Positions 59,017 through 64,000 of a stretch of 64,000 nt of DNA are shown piece after piece. Numbering within the stretch: the first letter of the stretch is position 1; each line of letters begins with the position of its first letter. The stretch is from Blepharisma stoltei ATCC 30299 (taxonomy: Eukaryota > Protista > Ciliophora), in NCBI GenBank assembly GCA_965603825.1, contig CBFDEM010000020.1:868001-932000 (forward strand), in the 5' to 3' direction. Below the pieces are notes generated by a model, which saw nothing but the letters and a program-made list of their open reading frames with translations, did not search any database and was not told where the DNA came from. The position numbers were made by a program, and so were the translations under genes.

Positions 59017-62000
59017 TTAAGGTGTAAACTTTGGTTCTTCATCTTCAGACTTCTCTTCCGCCACCTCACTTCCAGAAATCAAATATTTTGACTCATCTAC
59101 TTGGCAAGCTTCCTGAGTTTCTTCTCTTGCCTCTCTTGGCAGCTCAGCAGTCAGCCATCTTCTTATCTTAATCCCACTATTTTTCACCTTAAACTTAAAT
59201 TTAATTTTTTTCGTTGTCTCCGCCTTCGGAAATGACTGCGATTTTTCATCAAAATTCCCCTTCATAATTTCAGTCATCTGCGTCATTCTTGCAAAAGAAA
59301 CGCCTAAATTAGTTTCATATAATTTAAGTATCATTTTTGTTTTTTTACCTTCTCTGATATCTTTAGGTGTATAAATAGAAAGCTCTGCTTGCTTAGAGTT
59401 TGCGATTGGGATAATAGAGCTATTTATATTCATTTCTGCTTTCGCGTCAAAAATGCTGATGCCGAATAAGCTGCTGAGAAGAGTGGCTTGGGGTTTTTTG
59501 TGCTTTGGGTTAGAAGCAATTGAGGATTTATCAGTAAGTTTCATTGACTGTCGTGCAGGACGAAAAGCGATGATGTCTTCTTCTGTATGCTTATTGCTAT
59601 CAATTGGGGTGCCTGAGCCTGACCTTAAATTATTGAATTTTTCTTCACTGTCGATGCTGCTCTCTTTAATCGGCGGATTTTTATTTATTTTGTTTTTTGA
59701 AATCAAATAGCAAGATTCTTCTTCAATTTTTCTCAGAATGGCTTTAGTCACTTTAATAGCCACATTATCATCACTATTTGAATGCTTTGGGAAAATTATT
59801 TCACAGTTTTCAAATTCAAAGCCCATGCTAAAATTACTTGGCTCTTCAGAAACATTGATTTCATTCGAAAATTTGAGTTGATAGGTAATTTCGTCGACAA
59901 AGCCTATTATTTCGTCAATAAAAGAGCTTAAAAAGTAAATTTTTGCGTCACTTATAAACAGAGAAAGCTTATCTTGGGTAGGGTCTAGCTTGAATAAAAG
60001 ACTGGTGCCTTGCTTATTTTCGCATTTTTCTATTAATTTGCTATATATTGAATTTTCAGGCGAAATTTGTAAATTTTCGATATTTCCTTCCAATAAATAT
60101 TCTGAGTTATTATTTATTGTATTAATGGATGCTTTAATAGTCCCTTTATCGAAATATAGCTGTGATATTGGCTTATTATAGTGTTTCATGTTAATAAAAA
60201 TTTTCGATAAGTTTATCCTTCATGAATTGTGGCTATAATCTTCTATGGGAGGATCAAGAAAAATATATTGAGAAGGTATTGCTAAATACTCATTGATTTT
60301 TTCTGTGTCCAAAATATCAAAAAAGTGCACAATATCATTTTTCACCTCGAAAATTTCTTCTGTAGAAATGAGTATTCCTATCGGATTTATATTAAAATCA
60401 CTCTCACCTTGGGCTTTTTTCCTAACCAGCCCTTCTACACTATTTTCCACTTGGTTTATTTTTAACGCTCACCTTGCTGAAGACACCTCAAACCTGTCTT
60501 TATCAATAACATTGCAAGGCGCCATCATAATTTTCGTTCCTTCTTGCCCTTTAGATACACTTATTTCTGTAATTTTTATAGCATTTTCTTTATCTATATG
60601 AATATCTGAGGAAATTTCATAAAGCATACCATTGCAATACACCATAACCTGCTCATATTTCTATATATAAATTACTGTTTTTGTAAAGAAATTGCACCCA
60701 GCAATAAAGCCGTATAAGCTATTACCAAACTCTATATTAAGCCGCTTTAGCGAAATATTGCTCCTTTCCTCAATGATTTCTTTCCTTTCTTCCTTTATTT
60801 CTATGGTTTTCCCTTTGTCATCTTTTACTGCATCTTTTGACAAATTTTCCTGGCTTTCTATTCCAGAAAATTTTTGCATTATAAATCCTTCAGAAATAAT
60901 AGACAAAATCTTGCCCTCATAAGCACAAATGAACTCCACTTTGTCAATTTTGAAATTTATATACAGCTTGCTTGCCTGAGCCACTTTTACGTTAAGATTT
61001 GTAGGTTTTACGTGTTTTCCATATAAATCATACAAGTCAAGGATATTTTTTATAATAAAAAATGCTTCAAAAACAGGGGAACGGTTAAATTGTTCAGTTA
61101 AAAGGATATTTATTGAAGAAATATGCAGGATTACCTTGTCATATTCGTTTAAAGGGACAATATCTTTGGCTATGCAGTCTATAGGCGCTGAAGACTGCCT
61201 TATTCATGTTGATTTTTTGGTTTCAATAGCCCGTATTCTGTGCTTTACTAGTTGAGTTTCCCTTTCTTTCCATTTATTTTCGTCAAAAGTCTCTATATTG
61301 ATTCTCTGGTCAAGCTTTAAAATTTCGTAAAAATGAGGCAAAATTTCAGGTCTTTGGTTATTTAAAGCAGAATCATAAATTCCTGAAGCTTTTGCTACAA
61401 GAGAGGTAGATCTGAATTCGCTAGGGTCAAATAGTGGGGTAATATCTTGACAATCGAGGTCTTCAGTTCTGGAGAAACTTTCATGAATTTGTGATGTAAC
61501 CCCTGGGTAAACGGTTATTTTATAAGTCTCCCCCATATTGCTCCTCAAGGTTGTAGCAAACAAGCTAAACGTCTGCTTGAAGGGCCTTTTCTTATACATT
61601 CCAATTATAGAGGCACAAGCTAAGTTCAAAATTTCTTTTTTCTGGTGCATCCCAATGACTTTAAAATCCACAAAATTCGAGTCCTCATCGCTCGGCATAT
61701 CTTTTTGGATTCTTCTTCCTAAAGCAAAATTAAAAACTGTCATGACTTTTTTAGTGTTTAATAAGCAATGTAAACAGGTTTTTAAATTTGGGGCAGCATA
61801 ATGTTTATTTTGGAAGCTCAGCAATAATCTTTCTAGTTGCCGTCTATCATATTCCATTATTGATTTTTCCAGCTTATTTCTCTCATATTTTTCCTCACTC
61901 ATCTGTGAATTATTTCTCGAAAAATTCATAGTCGACAACAGGCATAAAATTGTGATCATTTCTTTTTTAATAAAAACTTTAAAATGGTCCAAATAGCAAT

Positions 62001-64000
62001 CAATGATAGTTTCTGGAAGATTTGGGTGGTATTTCATAATGCATTGTTTTATCTTTAAATTCAGCTTGGTCTGTAACAGGAGATGGATGCTATCATTTCC
62101 TAAATCTTTGGTCTCAAATTTTATATTTTCTATCGTAATTTTTTGGTTTGAGTAGAATTTTTTGTCCCTTATAAAATCATTCCGAAAGCGACTTGATGAG
62201 CTTTTTTCAATTTTCATGAAATCTGGCTGCTTTATTTCGTATTTAATTACTTCTAGCAAGACTTTTACGAAGGTCGGGCGAGAATTTTCGTTTTTAAAAT
62301 TTGATTCGATAATTCCAAGCGTAAAAGACATCAATTTTAGCTCGAATTTAAACCGTCTCGACTTAAGAAAAACGTCTCTAAGGATACTATAAAGCTGGCT
62401 AGGAGTTTTTTTGGCGTATTTTATTATGTCATATATATTAGATAATGGCTGAGATGGAGACGTCAAAGTTGTCAAAAAATTGGCCTTAAACTGCATATTT
62501 GTAAAAATTCCTATAGGTGGACTGCTAATGAGCCAGTCTGCAAGAGAGCCAAGTGTCTGTGTTGTCAAAGCCATATCAAGGGTATGAGCCTCTATTCTAA
62601 TAAAATCTCTCCCCACGTCTTCCTTATCAGTAATTTCTTCTTCTTTTCTTTTTCTATTTTTATCTATAAATTGTACTTGCAGAGGACTAGTTTGGCCTTT
62701 TAGTGTTAAGGTTATATTTATTGCGCCGCCTGATGCAGGCTTTCTTCTTCCCGATGAGTTTGTATTTGGAATTTCTTTATATTGCTGTGTAATTCATCTC
62801 ATGCAACATTTAACGAAATTTACCATTACTTTTTCGTTAAAAAAACTCATTATTTCGTCATATAAAATCCCTGCAGCTTCTTTTTTGTTAGAATATTTTA
62901 CTAATTCATTTCTTTTTTCTAACGGCATATGCAAAAACAGCTCGTTTTGTGGGTTTAAAAATGCATCAAATAATTTTTCATAAGTCTCAAATCCTTTTCC
63001 ACAAATGCAAAGGTTTGTAGACGTAGTAGACTGGTCTTTTGGGTCTTTATGATCCTTTGGAAATCTTGCTCTGACCTCTTCGTAGTGATATAAATATTCA
63101 AGCTCTGACAATAGCCCAATTTCCGTCATATAAGATTTTAAGGCGTTTGCAGCAATAATATCATTGACTCCATTCCAAATAAATATTTGGGTTAAATTTT
63201 TCCCTGAGCTGTAGTTATAAGTCTTTTTAAATTCGTTTAAATATTCAGTAAACCTTAAAGAAAGTGGGTCAAAAACATAAAAATTGGAAATTGTTATGTT
63301 TTCTGATATCAGCTGCAAGTCTCGCTGCAGGCAAAGTTTTCCTTCACATTTTCCAAACTCTACTAAACATACTGTTTGCTCAGAAACTAGCTTAGAATCA
63401 ATGCATTTTCCGTCCCCTTTTCGCATAGTTACATCCCAGGGCTCTCTTGGCTCATAAGAATTTCTTTCTTCATATCCGCATTCTTCATAATTAGACAGCC
63501 GTGGCCTTACAAATTTTCTTGGGGCATCGTCAAATACCCTAGGCGCGCGTATGCATTTTTCACAGAAACATTGATCTTGGTACATCGAAATTTTTTCTAA
63601 ATCGGGAACACGAGTGGCGACTAAATAAAATGATAAATGGGCAATACTGAATTTTACGTCAAAAAGCTTGTCTTTTCTAGAACTGCTCTTGCCATTTAAA
63701 TAAGTATTGACAATATCAAGCTTGTCCATATTTAGTAAACAAGTAAGCTCGTCTTTTTCTTTTTCAGTTAGCTCAATTTCGCGCTCTTCAGCTATTTTTT
63801 TATAAGGATCACCAAGTAAGCTTTCGAAATCATTAAGATAGTAATCTCATAAGTCGCCGAGATGGGTTTTTCCACGGACATTCCCGCGTGCTTTTACATA
63901 AGACATAGCTTCAATGCGCAGCTGATAAAGAGCTAAAGTTCGGAACCAGGTTAGTTCTTCTAAGCTGAAGAAATCTTCGATTTCTTCCATTTGCTTGATG
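59017..64000 (-). CDS. Large VPS13-like (bridge-like lipid transfer) protein, 5' end outside window (~1655 aa here; 15-nt intron 60661-60675)
   Basis: One frame with TGA=Trp plus an intron containing an in-frame TAG. The segment IEDFFSLEELTWFRTLA...LTEKEKDEL resembles the VPS13 N-terminal region, followed by repeated amphipathic beta-strand patterns. Confidence 0.55.

Noticed and set aside
284-62983. Many short antisense or alternate-frame ORFs in the track (e.g. 439..738, 3184..3552, 35428..35844, 51148..51513, 59453..59710)
   Set aside because: They are shadows of well-supported genes and carry no independent motifs.
1916-64000. Interpreting TGA-interrupted genes as pseudogenes or selenoproteins
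   Set aside because: The TGAs align with conserved Trp, not Cys, and the frames are otherwise intact.
1-64000. Telomeric repeats, transposases, tRNA/rRNA genes, CRISPR arrays, prokaryotic operons
   Set aside because: None seen by eye; gene content and introns are eukaryotic. Short IESs cannot be identified without germline data.

Overview
AT-rich, gene-dense eukaryotic DNA, almost certainly the somatic (macronuclear) genome of a heterotrich ciliate of the Blepharisma type. TGA is read as Trp, while TAA and TAG are stops. I found 15 spliceosomal introns, all 15-16 nt. The standard-code ORF track therefore fragments many genes, and I re-assembled them by hand. The window has about 30 protein-coding genes. 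These include an ING PHD protein, a DUF1445/D-glutamate-cyclase-like enzyme, a 1172-aa WD40 + TRP-like channel, a BPI/LBP-like protein, a Cys-rich surface protein, a DUF229 protein and Cdc14. They also include five leishmanolysin/GP63 (M8) metalloproteases with three different C-terminal architectures, an amino-acid transporter, UTP25, a motor-less MyTH4-FERM protein and three small two-TM proteins. The rest are four tandem double-domain cathepsin Z/X-like genes (7 of 8 domains lack catalytic residues), RBMX2, two acylated IQ-MORN proteins and the 3' part of a VPS13-like gene. Gene relics include an internally deleted actin, an archaemetzincin and cathepsin fragments. The most notable candidates are a GP63 protease fused to a lectin/LamG-like domain and a polycystin-like multipass membrane module, a conserved pseudo-protease cathepsin array with a shared 5' element, tiny introns at Cys-rich module boundaries, and strongly gene-specific TGA versus TGG usage. 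Family assignments come from motif recognition only; no searches were run.
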